A DNA stretch of 64,000 bases, from NCBI GenBank assembly GCA_963778115.1, contig CAVZSV010000005.1, forward strand, positions 320,001 to 384,000, given 5' to 3'. The position numbers and the translations under genes are program-made. Positions 38,197 through 48,567 of this stretch are shown one piece after another; the stretch's first letter is position 1; each line of letters begins with the position of its first letter. Under the pieces are notes generated by a model. That model was not told where the DNA came from. It did not search any database and saw only the letters and a program-made list of their open reading frames with translations. This stretch comes from an uncultured delta proteobacterium. GTDB lineage: Bacteria > Bdellovibrionota > FAC87 > UBA2466.

Positions 38197-40056
38197 ATGA
38201 ATACTCTTTCTTGCTCCGAGAATACAAACCCAAACTCATTTATCAATGGCAAACACTTCTTTCTGGTTTTGTTAGTGGCGCTGTCGGTAATTTCCTGCTT
38301 ATCGGCAAGAGCGCAATGGTGTTCCGCGTATTGTGTTCAAACCACCTGCACCGATTATGACGACTTTGGAAATTGCCTGTCCTCTTACTGTAGCGAGTAT
38401 GCCTATGGGGAAACGATTTCCGTTCAGGGAACGGTAACCACGGCTAGTGGAGCCCCTTTGGCCAATGCCCTCGTTAACGTCCAGGATACCGGGCCCAATA
38501 CCTTCGGAACCAATGGCGGACAGAACTGGGTACTAACTAATTCTAGCGGCAAGTACAACACCTCCCTTTACATAGCCGATGATTATAACGGAGACTTCGA
38601 ATTTTCTTCCTGTGCCGTCGGCCTTCCGCAAAATGCCCAGAACTGCCAACAGGTCACCGTAGCGGATAATTGTCAGAGCAGCCAAACACTCAACTTCAAA
38701 CTTTCACCCGCTCCCGCAACGATTGCACTTGCCTACGGACAAGACTGCCCCTCGGGAAGCACTTGTACCTATTATGGAGCCGCCGGAAGTACTACCGTAT
38801 CGATGGCGTGCGCCTCAGGAACGATGAATGTCTCTAACGCTACCTTTGGTGGCGACGGGGGCGAGTTGAACTGCCTTTCCTATGTGTCGCCCATTTGCCA
38901 AAACGAATCTAGCTGCTCGCTTTCTTATTCAGTAAGCCATTGCGGAGGGGATCCCGATCCCGGCTTCTCCAAAGCAGGCGTGACAACAGTCACTTGTAGC
39001 GGCCCTGCTGCCGCAGCCCCTATTATTCTAGCTCCCGGAGGAAGTTGTCCGTTAGGAAGTACTTGCGTCTTTGGACCAGCCATCGGGGAGACCAACGCCT
39101 CCTTTGCCTGTGGTGCCGGCGGAGAGCTTTCCCTTATCAGTGGCGTTTTCACCTCAGGTTTCTTAGGGCTCAATTGCTCTTCTTATTTCTCGCAAGAATG
39201 CGCGCAGGACGCTAGCTGTACCGCAAGTTTCAGCACGACTAGCTGTGGAGATCCGGACGGAGGTTCAAAGAAGTTCTTACTAGGCTCCGTATCTTGCGTT
39301 CCCCTGGAGCCCTTGGCGGATCTTATCGTGACCTCAGTCACACCAGCTACGACCTCTGCCGTTCTCAATACGCCCATGAATTTTTCAGTCGTCGTGAAAA
39401 ACCAAGGAGGCAGTACCGCCAGTAATTTCGTCGTAACCCTATATAATAATCCTAGCGGAACTCCCTTTAGTTCGTCCTTCAATAATAACGCTTCCCCTAC
39501 TAGATCGGTTACGGTGGGTTCTCTGGCGGCAGGCCAGAGTACGACTCTGAACATCACTACCACCTATACGAGCACCGGCTCCCGCGGCACTTACGTACTG
39601 GTCGATAGCACCCAAGTCGTAAAAGAATCCAACGAAAGTAACAATTCTTTTGGCCCCATCGCGATAAACGTGGTCTCAACCCCTGTGTCTTTGCCCGACC
39701 TACTCATTACGTCGGCAACTCCTTCGACTTCATCGCCCGCAGTAAATGCCACGGTCACTTATACGGTAACCGTAAAAAACCAAGGCGGCAGTACGGCTTC
39801 CAACTTTGTAGTGACTGTGTTTAACAATCCAGGTGGAACGCCCTTTACCTCTTCATTTAACAATAACAGCTCCCCCACTAGCTCCGTTACCGTGGGTTCG
39901 CTAGCGGCAGGTCAAAGCACGACGCTAAAGATCAATACCGCTTATTCTTCCGCGGGAAGCCGAGGGACCTACGTTCTTGTGGACAGCACGCAGGTCGTAA
40001 AGGAATCCAACGAAAACAATAATTCCTTTGGACCCATATCGATTAAATCTCATTGA
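38197..40056 (+). CDS. Secreted Cys-rich protein with two SUEL/rhamnose-lectin-like domains and two CARDB domains
   Basis: Signal peptide ending ARA. Two Cys-rich units ending 'DPDPGFSK...VTC' and 'DPDGGSKKFL...VSC', then two near-identical 'DL....VKNQG....VD....VKESNE.NN' CARDB units. Start uncertain. Confidence 0.75.
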   Translation: MNTLSCSENTNPNSFINGKHFFLVLLVALSVISCLSARAQWCSAYCVQTTCTDYDDFGNCLSSYCSEYAYGETISVQGTVTTASGAPLANALVNVQDTGPNTFGTNGGQNWVLTNSSGKYNTSLYIADDYNGDFEFSSCAVGLPQNAQNCQQVTVADNCQSSQTLNFKLSPAPATIALAYGQDCPSGSTCTYYGAAGSTTVSMACASGTMNVSNATFGGDGGELNCLSYVSPICQNESSCSLSYSVSHCGGDPDPGFSKAGVTTVTCSGPAAAAPIILAPGGSCPLGSTCVFGPAIGETNASFACGAGGELSLISGVFTSGFLGLNCSSYFSQECAQDASCTASFSTTSCGDPDGGSKKFLLGSVSCVPLEPLADLIVTSVTPATTSAVLNTPMNFSVVVKNQGGSTASNFVVTLYNNPSGTPFSSSFNNNASPTRSVTVGSLAAGQSTTLNITTTYTSTGSRGTYVLVDSTQVVKESNESNNSFGPIAINVVSTPVSLPDLLITSATPSTSSPAVNATVTYTVTVKNQGGSTASNFVVTVFNNPGGTPFTSSFNNNSSPTSSVTVGSLAAGQSTTLKINTAYSSAGSRGTYVLVDSTQVVKESNENNNSFGPISIKSH

Positions 40057-40222
40057 GTGGGGAGCCCGCATCACTCCAAAATCGGCAAAGTAAATGCCTT
40101 TTCTGTTGCGAAAAGCCCTAAGGGCGAGTGAGCAATCTTGGCGCGCATAGGTACTCGTTTGGATGGGAACATTTACAATAACCATTGAGCGCGCCCCTTT
40201 TTTCGCATACCCTTCAACCTCT

Positions 40223-40711
40223 ATGAACTTCAAAGACGGTGAGTGGAAACAAAAGATGAGAGACTGGGGAGTACTTGCTATTTCCTCGGGGGGAGGGGCA
40301 GGATACTTTCCGGTGGCTCCCGGCACCATGGGCTCGGTAGTCGGTGTCTTAATCGTTTGGATCTTTCGCGACACTCCGCTCTTTTTTATGTGCGCGCTCA
40401 CTCTTTTTCTCATGGGAGTTGGGGTCTGGGCTGGTCATGAAGCGGGTAAACTCTATAAAGAAGCCGACTGTGGCAAGATAGTCATTGATGAGATTGTCGG
40501 AGTCATGGTTACCATGATAGGAATTCCAATAAGCGGTTATTGGTTGGGGTTTGGGTTTGTCCTGTTTCGCGTCTTCGACGTCACTAAGCCCCCACCTGCT
40601 AACTTTTTTGATAGGAAGATGAAAAATGGTTGGGGAGTCATGATGGACGACGTGGTGGCTGGGATTTATTCCAATATATTGTTGCATCTTATTCTTAGGG
40701 CAACCATTTAA
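40223..40711 (+). CDS. pgpA: Phosphatidylglycerophosphatase A family
   Basis: APGTMGS, IVIDEIVG, LFRVFDVTKP, GVMMDDVVAG. Start uncertain (40163, 40223 or 40256). Confidence 0.92.
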   Translation: MNFKDGEWKQKMRDWGVLAISSGGGAGYFPVAPGTMGSVVGVLIVWIFRDTPLFFMCALTLFLMGVGVWAGHEAGKLYKEADCGKIVIDEIVGVMVTMIGIPISGYWLGFGFVLFRVFDVTKPPPANFFDRKMKNGWGVMMDDVVAGIYSNILLHLILRATI

Positions 40712-40724
40712 CTCTTTTTTTGAC

Positions 40725-41684
40725 ATGAACTTTAGACAGGAATGGCTCCAGTGGTGGAAAAGCCGCGGACTTGCGTCAAAAACACTTCCTATCCTTCTGC
40801 TGGCACTTTATTGGACGACGTTACTTTACTTGAATGGATTACACGGCGATCTCATCGTCATGAGTCTAATACCCACCATACTTTATTACTTAGGCCCCAA
40901 GTTCCATTCCGTTCTGTCGTTTTTGCTACCGCTCTTTTTGACCTCCATCATCTACGATTCGCAACGATACTATTCTGATTTTCTAAGAGGCCCCATCCAT
41001 GTCGAACAGCCCTACCATTTTGATAAGAGGTTTTTTGGAATAGCGACTCCCGAAGGAGTGCTCACTCCAAACGAATGGTGGCAACTTCATACATCCCCCA
41101 TTCTCGATTTCTTCTGTGGAGTGAGTTACATCATTTTTATTCCCTTCTTTGTTCTGACCTCAGCCTACTTTTGCTTTTGGGCTTCCCGCAAAGGCACCCG
41201 TAAAGTTTCGGCCTCTGAAATCCGCTACCGCGCTCCGCAAATGATGTGGGCCTTTCTTTGGGTCAACCTCATTGGCTATTCCACCTACTATTGGTATGCG
41301 GCAGCACCTCCTTGGTATGTCGCTTTATACGGTCTAGGCCCAGCCCAATTAGGGGTGCCGGCGAACCTGGCGGGTTGCGCGCGCTTCGACGCTCTGGTGG
41401 GTCTTCCCATCTTTAAGAATTGGTACGGAAGATCGGCGGATGTCTTTGGCGCCATCCCTTCCTTGCACGTCTCTTACCCTTTCATAGGAGCTTACTTCGC
41501 GTGGCGCTTCGGAGCACTTCGGCTGGTAACGACGGCTTTTTATCTGCTTATCTGTTTTTCGGCTATCTATCTCGACCACCATTATGTGTTGGATGTTCTT
41601 TTAGGATCGGGATACGCGCTTGCCGTAGCGATGACTTGTGATTGGTTCTGGGGAAGGGAGCCCAAGATTACGGACGGGAATTAA
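40725..41684 (+). CDS. AUR1-like inositol phosphorylceramide synthase (PAP2 superfamily)
   Basis: 'YYWYAAAPPWY', 'AGCARFD', 'FGAIPSLHVSY', 'IYLDHHYVLDV'. Confidence 0.85.
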   Translation: MNFRQEWLQWWKSRGLASKTLPILLLALYWTTLLYLNGLHGDLIVMSLIPTILYYLGPKFHSVLSFLLPLFLTSIIYDSQRYYSDFLRGPIHVEQPYHFDKRFFGIATPEGVLTPNEWWQLHTSPILDFFCGVSYIIFIPFFVLTSAYFCFWASRKGTRKVSASEIRYRAPQMMWAFLWVNLIGYSTYYWYAAAPPWYVALYGLGPAQLGVPANLAGCARFDALVGLPIFKNWYGRSADVFGAIPSLHVSYPFIGAYFAWRFGALRLVTTAFYLLICFSAIYLDHHYVLDVLLGSGYALAVAMTCDWFWGREPKITDGN

Positions 41685-43078
41685 TTTTCAACACCCTGTT
41701 TTTCCAAAGCATCAAAAGCCTCCGTCAAGATAGTAACCACTTCATCAACCGTCGATTTATCGATCGTCATCGCGGGCTGAATTCGAAAAGAGGCGGCATA
41801 GGACATCGATAGTAGCCCGCGCTTTAAGCACTCTTGAAAAAGCCGTGTCGTAACGCGATTAGGTAAGGGCTCTTTCGATGTTTTGTCCCGAACCAGCTCC
41901 ATTCCCATGAAAAGGCCGGAGCCACGCACCTGCCCCACGAAATGGTAACGATCCGCAAAGGGTTTTAACTTTTCGAGGAAGTAATTTCCCACAACGCGAC
42001 TATTGGTGACCAGATCCTCGCTCTCGATAATATCCACGGCGGCAAGAGCCGCAGCCGCCCCCAATGGATTTCCGCCGTAACTTGACGAGGAGCCCGATGG
42101 ATTTGACCAGGGCTTCGCGCGCGAAATCGTGTCCGTGGACATGACGGCACTAATCGGAAAGCCGCCACCAAATTGCTTACCCAAAGTCACGATGTCGGGA
42201 CTGACCCCTGAATGTTGCGAGCCCCAAAAACGGCCTGTTCTCCCGAAGCCAGTAATCATCTCATCCACAATAAGAAGCGCTTCAAATTCTTTTGCAACCT
42301 CATGAATCGCCGGTAGCCACTCTGGTGGCGGAATAATATTGCCGGCCGTTCCCTGCATTGGTTCCACAATAAAGGCAGCTATCTCTCCGGCGGATGCCAT
42401 CTTGACCTGTTTACGGGCCGCTTCGACACAAGCTAGCCCACAAGAAGGGTAGGTAGCCTTAACCGGACACCGGTAACAATCCGCATAGGGGACGACATGA
42501 CTTCCTGAAACCATGGGGCCTAAGTTGTCTTTGAATTTACTTCCCATGAGCGAAAGAGCACCCATCGTCTTTCCATGAAAGCCTCCCCAAAAACTAACGA
42601 ACTCGTATTTTCCCGAGTAGGACTTAGCAAGTCGTAATGCCGATTCCACCGCTTCAGCACCACTGGAATAAAGTTGAACTCGATGAACGTCTGCAGAAGG
42701 ACGACGCTCTGCCAGTTTCTCAAAAAGTTCCACTCTCGGTGAAGAGGAGAAGCTTCCGACTGAAGCTTTTTCCACTTGCTCCTGCAAGCGCTTCACAAAC
42801 ACAGGATGGCTATGGCCCAAGCCATTCACACCAATTCCGCCGATAATATCCAAGAAGGCATTTCCGTCGACATCCACCACTTGGCTACCCTTTGCGTAAT
42901 CGACGACAATTCCCGCTAAAATGGCGAAGTGCTGAAGACCGGGAGCTAAATGCTCGTCCTCTTTTTTTCTGAGGGAGGTACTTAAAGGGCCCGGGATCTC
43001 CGTTTTGAGGAGGGCCTTTTGGTGTTTCGGTTGGTGAGAATCCATAGAAAGACTAATAGCAGGTCCCGAAGGACTCAT
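41681..43078 (-). CDS. Class III PLP-dependent aminotransferase
   Basis: DVDGNAFLD, SGAEAVE, GGFHGKT, IVEPMQG, IVDEMITGFGRTG, PLP lysine in DIVTLGK. Confidence 0.93.
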   Translation of the reverse strand: MSPSGPAISLSMDSHQPKHQKALLKTEIPGPLSTSLRKKEDEHLAPGLQHFAILAGIVVDYAKGSQVVDVDGNAFLDIIGGIGVNGLGHSHPVFVKRLQEQVEKASVGSFSSSPRVELFEKLAERRPSADVHRVQLYSSGAEAVESALRLAKSYSGKYEFVSFWGGFHGKTMGALSLMGSKFKDNLGPMVSGSHVVPYADCYRCPVKATYPSCGLACVEAARKQVKMASAGEIAAFIVEPMQGTAGNIIPPPEWLPAIHEVAKEFEALLIVDEMITGFGRTGRFWGSQHSGVSPDIVTLGKQFGGGFPISAVMSTDTISRAKPWSNPSGSSSSYGGNPLGAAAALAAVDIIESEDLVTNSRVVGNYFLEKLKPFADRYHFVGQVRGSGLFMGMELVRDKTSKEPLPNRVTTRLFQECLKRGLLSMSYAASFRIQPAMTIDKSTVDEVVTILTEAFDALEKQGVEN

Positions 43079-43950
43079 AAAAGAATATCGAGAGGCTCGT
43101 CTTCGGATCCGTCATCCGAGTGCTCCATGGGGAAGGTTGTTACCCGTCCACCACTGGATTTCCCGCTTCCCGATTCCCGCCTGCGGATTTCACGAGCAAC
43201 CTCTCGGAGTCTGAAGATGGCGGAGACATTGGCTAGTGTCGCTACCATTAATACGGCGAGTACCATTGGATATCCGACCGGAAATTCTCCAGGGGGCTCC
43301 CAATAGTGAATGGAAACGGAAGAAAGAGCGGCACCCAAAGTCAGATAGAGTGCCCTTTCGGGGCGTCTCATTAAGGTCCACGTCTGTTTGGAACCGACTC
43401 CTAAAGCCTCAGCCTTAGCGGTAGAGTAGCTCACCATGAAAGAGCCTGCCAGTGCCGCTATTGAGATGATAAGCATCCACGGCATCTCCCGATAATAGAT
43501 CGCAAGACCGCCTAGAAAAAAGAACTCCACATATCTGTCGACCGCGGCATCCAGTAATTCGCCCGCATCCGAAGCTTGTCCGGTCATCCGGGCCACCATA
43601 CCGTCCAAAGAGTCTAAGAGGGCGGAAGCGGTGGCCATCAACGAAGCATAGCCGAAATAACCGCAGAGAAGAAAACCTCCGGTGAGGAAGCCGAACCCCA
43701 ACGACATCCAAGAAAGCATATTGGGAGTACAGTTTAAAAAGACTAGTAATCTGGCTAAGGGCTGAAGGCTCCAGTACGTCATCTCCATCGTCCCTTTCGA
43801 GAGCAAAAAAGACGAACCCTGGCGATCGACCCTGTCAAAGTGAACGCGGCCTCTAAGACCCACGCGAAATGCATAGGCGATACCCACTACCGCAGCAACG
43901 CCAAACAGCGCTAAGGGGTTGATGAGATCATATTCCGCGAGTCTTTCCAT
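43075..43950 (-). CDS. CDP-alcohol phosphatidyltransferase (PIP synthase-like)
   Basis: TPN, DSLDGMVAR...GELLDAAVDR, 'SFMVSYSTAKAE', 'MRRPER'. Confidence 0.92.
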   Translation of the reverse strand: MERLAEYDLINPLALFGVAAVVGIAYAFRVGLRGRVHFDRVDRQGSSFLLSKGTMEMTYWSLQPLARLLVFLNCTPNMLSWMSLGFGFLTGGFLLCGYFGYASLMATASALLDSLDGMVARMTGQASDAGELLDAAVDRYVEFFFLGGLAIYYREMPWMLIISIAALAGSFMVSYSTAKAEALGVGSKQTWTLMRRPERALYLTLGAALSSVSIHYWEPPGEFPVGYPMVLAVLMVATLANVSAIFRLREVAREIRRRESGSGKSSGGRVTTFPMEHSDDGSEDEPLDILL

Positions 43951-45320
43951 TAGGGGCGGTCCTCACTTCTGGGTGAAGTACTATCTCCTTCATCCACTCC
44001 GTAATAAGTAAGGCCTAAGTGATTAATCAACTCTTCATTCGTAAAGAAGCGAAGCGTGTTCTCCAGCTTTAGCAATTGAACGGAGAGATCGTGCTCCGGA
44101 AACAGATTGGGTTTCGTAAGAGGTGCCTTAAAGTAAAAGGACAGCCATTCTTGAATTCCTCGCATCCCGCTTCTGGCGGCAAGGTCCATGAAAAGGGCCA
44201 AGTCCAGAACGATGGGGGCGGCCAAAATGGAATCTCGGCAAAGGAAATTGATCTTAATTTGCATCGGGTATCCGAGCCATCCGAAAAGATCGATGTTGTC
44301 CCAGCCCTCTTTATTATCGCCTTTGGGCGGATAGTAATTGATGCGCACTAGATGGCAGAGATCTTTATACAGATCGGGATAACGCTCCCCATCTAAAATA
44401 TAGCGAAGCACTTCGGTCTTTGAGAGCTCTTTAGATTTGAAGGAGCCGGGATCATCCAACACTTCACCATCGCGATTTCCCAAGATATTGGTGCTAAACC
44501 AACCCGCAACGCCCAATTGCCGGTTACGTAATCCCGGGGCAACAATGGTCTTCATGAGGGTTTGACCCGTCTTAAAATCGGAACCACAGATGGGAACTCT
44601 CATCTCCTGAGCCAGCTCCTGAAGACAGGGCATCTCCACCGTCAAATGGGGTGACCCGTTGGCAAAAGGCACTCGCTCTTTAAGAGCGGCCCATGCATAA
44701 ATCTGGGCGGGTGAAATAGACGGATCGCTTTCCTTTAATCCAGCTTCAAAGCTGGCCAGGGTTTTATGAACCGCTGACGGAGGCGTATAGACTTCCGTAG
44801 AGGCACACCAAACCATTACCGCTCGGTCGCAGCCGTTATTTTTCTTAAAATTGCGAATATCGAGGCGCAGCTGTTCCCCTAAATCGTACTTGTTCTTGCC
44901 CTCTTTGATATTCGGGCCGAAGAGTTTTTTCACGTACTCTTGATCAAAGACAGCCGACATCGGAGTAATCTGACTCAGAGAATCCTTTAAAGTTTCAAGT
45001 AGTTGCTTATCTAAGACCTGCGCATGCACGGCCGCCTCGTAGGCGTTTTCCCCAAAGATATCCCAACCGCCAAAAACGAGTTGGTCCAGAGAAGCCAGCG
45101 GAACCAGATCTTTAACTTTCTTGTAACGCTTTTCGGTCCGCTTACCCAGCCTGACCTCTCCCATTTGAGTGTAAGAGCCGATAGGCTTTGCCAGCCCTCG
45201 TCTGACGGCTTCCACACCGGCAATAAAAGTCGTCGTGACGGCCCCCATTCCGACAGTCAAGACTGCCAGCTTCCCTTGGGGAGGGGAGATATTAATACTC
45301 TGACCGGTACTGGTGCTCAT
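43950..45320 (-). CDS. ino1: myo-inositol-1-phosphate synthase
   Basis: GMGAVTTT, WCASTE, NGSP, GSDFKTGQT, NILGNRDG, DNK, CRDSILAAPIVLDL. ATG 45320 follows a GAGGAAGG RBS. Confidence 0.95.
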   Translation of the reverse strand: MSTSTGQSINISPPQGKLAVLTVGMGAVTTTFIAGVEAVRRGLAKPIGSYTQMGEVRLGKRTEKRYKKVKDLVPLASLDQLVFGGWDIFGENAYEAAVHAQVLDKQLLETLKDSLSQITPMSAVFDQEYVKKLFGPNIKEGKNKYDLGEQLRLDIRNFKKNNGCDRAVMVWCASTEVYTPPSAVHKTLASFEAGLKESDPSISPAQIYAWAALKERVPFANGSPHLTVEMPCLQELAQEMRVPICGSDFKTGQTLMKTIVAPGLRNRQLGVAGWFSTNILGNRDGEVLDDPGSFKSKELSKTEVLRYILDGERYPDLYKDLCHLVRINYYPPKGDNKEGWDNIDLFGWLGYPMQIKINFLCRDSILAAPIVLDLALFMDLAARSGMRGIQEWLSFYFKAPLTKPNLFPEHDLSVQLLKLENTLRFFTNEELINHLGLTYYGVDEGDSTSPRSEDRP

Positions 45321-45471
45321 TTGCGATACCTTCCTCTGATACGTATTGGCTAAGATATTTACCATAGGCTTGCGAGTTAATCAGCCGCAAGCCCCCAATG
45401 AATTTCTCAACAATATCCTATTTAAAACCTAAAGTGGAGTTAGTCTAGTTTTCTCAAATTCGCAATTCGCA

Positions 45472-46575
45472 TTAGCTTGGGGGCGAAAATAGCGGCATTT
45501 CGCACCCACCCTCCTTTTCAGACCTATAAACCCCCTCGATTAGGGCTACACAACGGTAAGCCTCCAGGGTCTCCTGACTGACCGGCTCCCCCCTTAAGAT
45601 AGCCCCCCGGAACTGATCAAAGAGCGAATCAAACCATTGAACATGGCTGGCATCCATCCAATCGGAAGCGGCATCAATGGTCTCAGTGGTCCACGAGACC
45701 GCCCCTTGAGCAACGTCAGGACCCGAAGTCTTGTGCATGGTGGCCAACTCCACCGTATCGTCAATGGCGGTAATGGCCCCTTTTTCTCCCTGGATCGTGT
45801 AAATGACCTTGCGGACCCCGGCGGTCCAAGAAAGATGGACATGGGCCAGGCCCGTGGGGAACTTAAGGACGGCTGAAACATTGTCTTCCGTGTCGTACTG
45901 GTCGTTTAGTTTTTGCGCCCGGGACGACACTGCCGTCGGATAGCTCCCCAGCCAATCAAAGGTCAGATAAAACGTATGGCTGCCATGGTCCATCGCGATG
46001 CCACCACCGCTAATTCTCTTCTCCCGCCTCCAATGCGTGTTCCATTCCGGTACCCCTTTAGCGTGTGTGTTGCGGAAGGTATTAAGCGTTACCGATCTCA
46101 CCCGCCCAATTCGATCTTCATCGATAAGTTTGCGAATCGCCTTAACCACAGGCGCATGTTTGTAGTTGTGGCAAGGAAAGAGTACCCGTTTGGCTCGGGT
46201 GGCATGCTCCAAAAGGCCTTTGGCCTCTTCCAACGTCACCGTCAGAGGCTTTTCGCACAGCACGTGAAGGCCTCGATCTAAAGCAAGGTGCGCGATAGCC
46301 GCGTGATCACACGGGGGAGTCGCAATATCCACAAAATCTAAGTCTTGCCCCTGGGCTTCAAGAAGCTCGCTCGCACTGGAATAGATCTTCACTCCGGGCA
46401 GATCGCTTGCGGCTGCCTGGCAGCGGGCGGGACAGATATCGGCCACGGCTTGGATCTCCACATCGCCCCGCTCTTTCGACCTTTTTAGATATGCGGGGAG
46501 ATGCCCCCGAGAAGCGATGAATCCATACCCAATTACCGCTCCCTTAAGGGGCGCGTCGTTTAGGCCTTTTTCCAT
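45472..46575 (-). CDS. Gfo/Idh/MocA family oxidoreductase
   Basis: IGYGFIA, DIATPP, HVLCEKP, GGGIAMDHGSH. Start probably 46575 or 46620. Confidence 0.92.
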   Translation of the reverse strand: MEKGLNDAPLKGAVIGYGFIASRGHLPAYLKRSKERGDVEIQAVADICPARCQAAASDLPGVKIYSSASELLEAQGQDLDFVDIATPPCDHAAIAHLALDRGLHVLCEKPLTVTLEEAKGLLEHATRAKRVLFPCHNYKHAPVVKAIRKLIDEDRIGRVRSVTLNTFRNTHAKGVPEWNTHWRREKRISGGGIAMDHGSHTFYLTFDWLGSYPTAVSSRAQKLNDQYDTEDNVSAVLKFPTGLAHVHLSWTAGVRKVIYTIQGEKGAITAIDDTVELATMHKTSGPDVAQGAVSWTTETIDAASDWMDASHVQWFDSLFDQFRGAILRGEPVSQETLEAYRCVALIEGVYRSEKEGGCEMPLFSPPS

Positions 46576-47570
46576 AACGTGGTCCTTGTCGGAGTTAGTC
46601 TTGCCCCTGTCCTGGCCCATGCCCCTGTCTTTTGAAAAATCCAGACCGGAGCGATAAGGCATAGAGGAATCAAAATCTGCAAAGCGTGATGAACGGTAGC
46701 TATGGCCAGCGCCTCTTCTAGCGGGACCCCAAACCGGGTGAGGGCAAATCCCATGGAGGCCTCGTAGGTCCCGATGTTAGCGAAAGAGACGGGAATGGCG
46801 ACCCCCAGATTAAGAACGAGCAAGGCACAGATGGCTTGCGCAAGTGAGCAAGAGACACTTTGACCCGAGCAAATCAGTTTTAAGACCGAAGCTTCGGCCA
46901 TCCATGCCGCCATCCCGAGAGCGGTCCCACGTAACAATTGGGGAGGATTTCGCAAAGCAACCAACCCGCTCCCTAACTGAATAAACTTCTGGCGAATCCA
47001 AAAGCCACGCTTCCCGCGTATTAACGCCACCGCGGCAAAGACCGTGACGATAATGAGTCCTGCCACTATCCCTTCCGATCGCGTGGGAAGTCTCCAGGAG
47101 GGAAGGCCTTCCCATAAAAGCCAAGAGGCAAAAAGGGCAACAGCGAGTAACAATGAGAGTAGATCGATCAACTTATCGGCGATAACCACTCCCGTAGTGC
47201 GAGCGACATCTTGACTTCCGGTATTCTTGCCTTTGAGCGCTAGAATTTTAACCACATCGCCGGCGCGAGCGGGGACAAAGGTGTTTACCGCCTGACCGGT
47301 CAAAAAAGCCCGGGCAACACGCACCCACCTGACAGGCTCCTTGGCGGGAAAAAGAGAGAACCAACGGGAAATCTGAAGAGCCACTTGAAGAGAAACTCCC
47401 ATTGCCGCGATGGCAATAAGCCACGGGCTAAATCTACTCAAAATGAGAAGCCACTTTTGAAAATTGAGGCCGGTGGCTCGGGAAAGAAAGAACAGACCCC
47501 CGCCCACCAGAATAACGCTCGCAACTGCGAGTCGCACAACGGGTGGCCGCTTGGGCGGAGTCTCCGCCAT
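46560..47570 (-). CDS. Lysylphosphatidylglycerol-synthase TM domain (flippase-like) protein
   Basis: 'SRW..L', 'NTFVPARAGDVVK', 'DKLIDL', 'IGTYEA'. ATG 47570 sits just after the radical SAM stop, with a GGAG RBS. Confidence 0.85.
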   Translation of the reverse strand: MAETPPKRPPVVRLAVASVILVGGGLFFLSRATGLNFQKWLLILSRFSPWLIAIAAMGVSLQVALQISRWFSLFPAKEPVRWVRVARAFLTGQAVNTFVPARAGDVVKILALKGKNTGSQDVARTTGVVIADKLIDLLSLLLAVALFASWLLWEGLPSWRLPTRSEGIVAGLIIVTVFAAVALIRGKRGFWIRQKFIQLGSGLVALRNPPQLLRGTALGMAAWMAEASVLKLICSGQSVSCSLAQAICALLVLNLGVAIPVSFANIGTYEASMGFALTRFGVPLEEALAIATVHHALQILIPLCLIAPVWIFQKTGAWARTGARLTPTRTTLWKKA

Positions 47571-47571
47571 G

Positions 47572-48567
47572 TTAGACCACTCCGGAGTCAGAGGCCGTAA
47601 CGGGCGATAAGCCCACTTGCTGATTCGCCTTATTACCGGTACGAACGACTCCACCTCGAGATAGCGTCTTAATCATGCCCTTAACCGTCGTGAAAGGGGC
47701 GTTGTCCAACATGGAATCTCGGTAACAACAAAGAAGCGCACACCCCTCTTCACACCCTTTATAGGTGTGGTGGTAGTGTTCGAGATCTTCTCGGGTGTAT
47801 TCGGTAATGGGCTTATTGAGCTGTCCTCGAGTCGCCGAGCAGTACTGAACCATCCCAAATTCGTCGATGTAAAGAAAACGGGAACCGGCACGGCATTTCC
47901 ACTTCGGCTTTTTGCCTTCTAGAAGGGCTTTGCCATATTTGTACTCGATGAAAGTAAAAGGAGTGCCTTCATCAAAGTGGTGGTTCCATAGATCTAAATA
48001 TTCTTGTCCGCTTACCTGAATCATCCCCTTGTCGTCATGCAACAGATCGATAGCAATGAGAAACCCGTGCTTTCTGACCTCTTCTATCGTGGCCTTAAAA
48101 TCCGCCTTAGTCCGATCGCAAAGGACAAAATTCACGTGCACATCGAAAGTCGCTTTCGCCTTCAAAAGGGCCAACTTCGATGACAACGTTCTTAGCGTCT
48201 TTTGGATGTAGCCCGTTTTGTCGGGGCTAAGACCATCGATACTGATTTCGAGGTTACTAAGGCCTGCATCGGCCATTTTATGGATAAGTTCTTCGGTTAC
48301 TAAAAACCCATTGGTCGTTACCGAAACCTGTCCTTGGCGGTTCGCATAAGCGATAATCTCGGTAAGTTGCGGATGCATCAACGGCTCCCCCCCTAAAAGG
48401 GAGATATTGACCGTGTTCAATCGATGGATGGCGTCTATGCGCTCTTTGAGAGTATCCAAAGGAACCGGTGGGGAATAGTTGTCGTATTCCGTGCAATAAC
48501 CGCAAGTCAGATTACAGCGGCGAGTGATGATGAGCTGGGCTTCAAGAGGATTCTCTCCGGAATACAA
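47572..48567 (-). CDS. Radical SAM enzyme with a C-terminal SPASM/twitch-like Cys region
   Basis: CNLTCGYC, GGEPLMH, TTNG, ISIDG, CRAG...IDEFG.VQYC, CEEGCALLCC. Confidence 0.92.
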   Translation of the reverse strand: MYSGENPLEAQLIITRRCNLTCGYCTEYDNYSPPVPLDTLKERIDAIHRLNTVNISLLGGEPLMHPQLTEIIAYANRQGQVSVTTNGFLVTEELIHKMADAGLSNLEISIDGLSPDKTGYIQKTLRTLSSKLALLKAKATFDVHVNFVLCDRTKADFKATIEEVRKHGFLIAIDLLHDDKGMIQVSGQEYLDLWNHHFDEGTPFTFIEYKYGKALLEGKKPKWKCRAGSRFLYIDEFGMVQYCSATRGQLNKPITEYTREDLEHYHHTYKGCEEGCALLCCYRDSMLDNAPFTTVKGMIKTLSRGGVVRTGNKANQQVGLSPVTASDSGVV

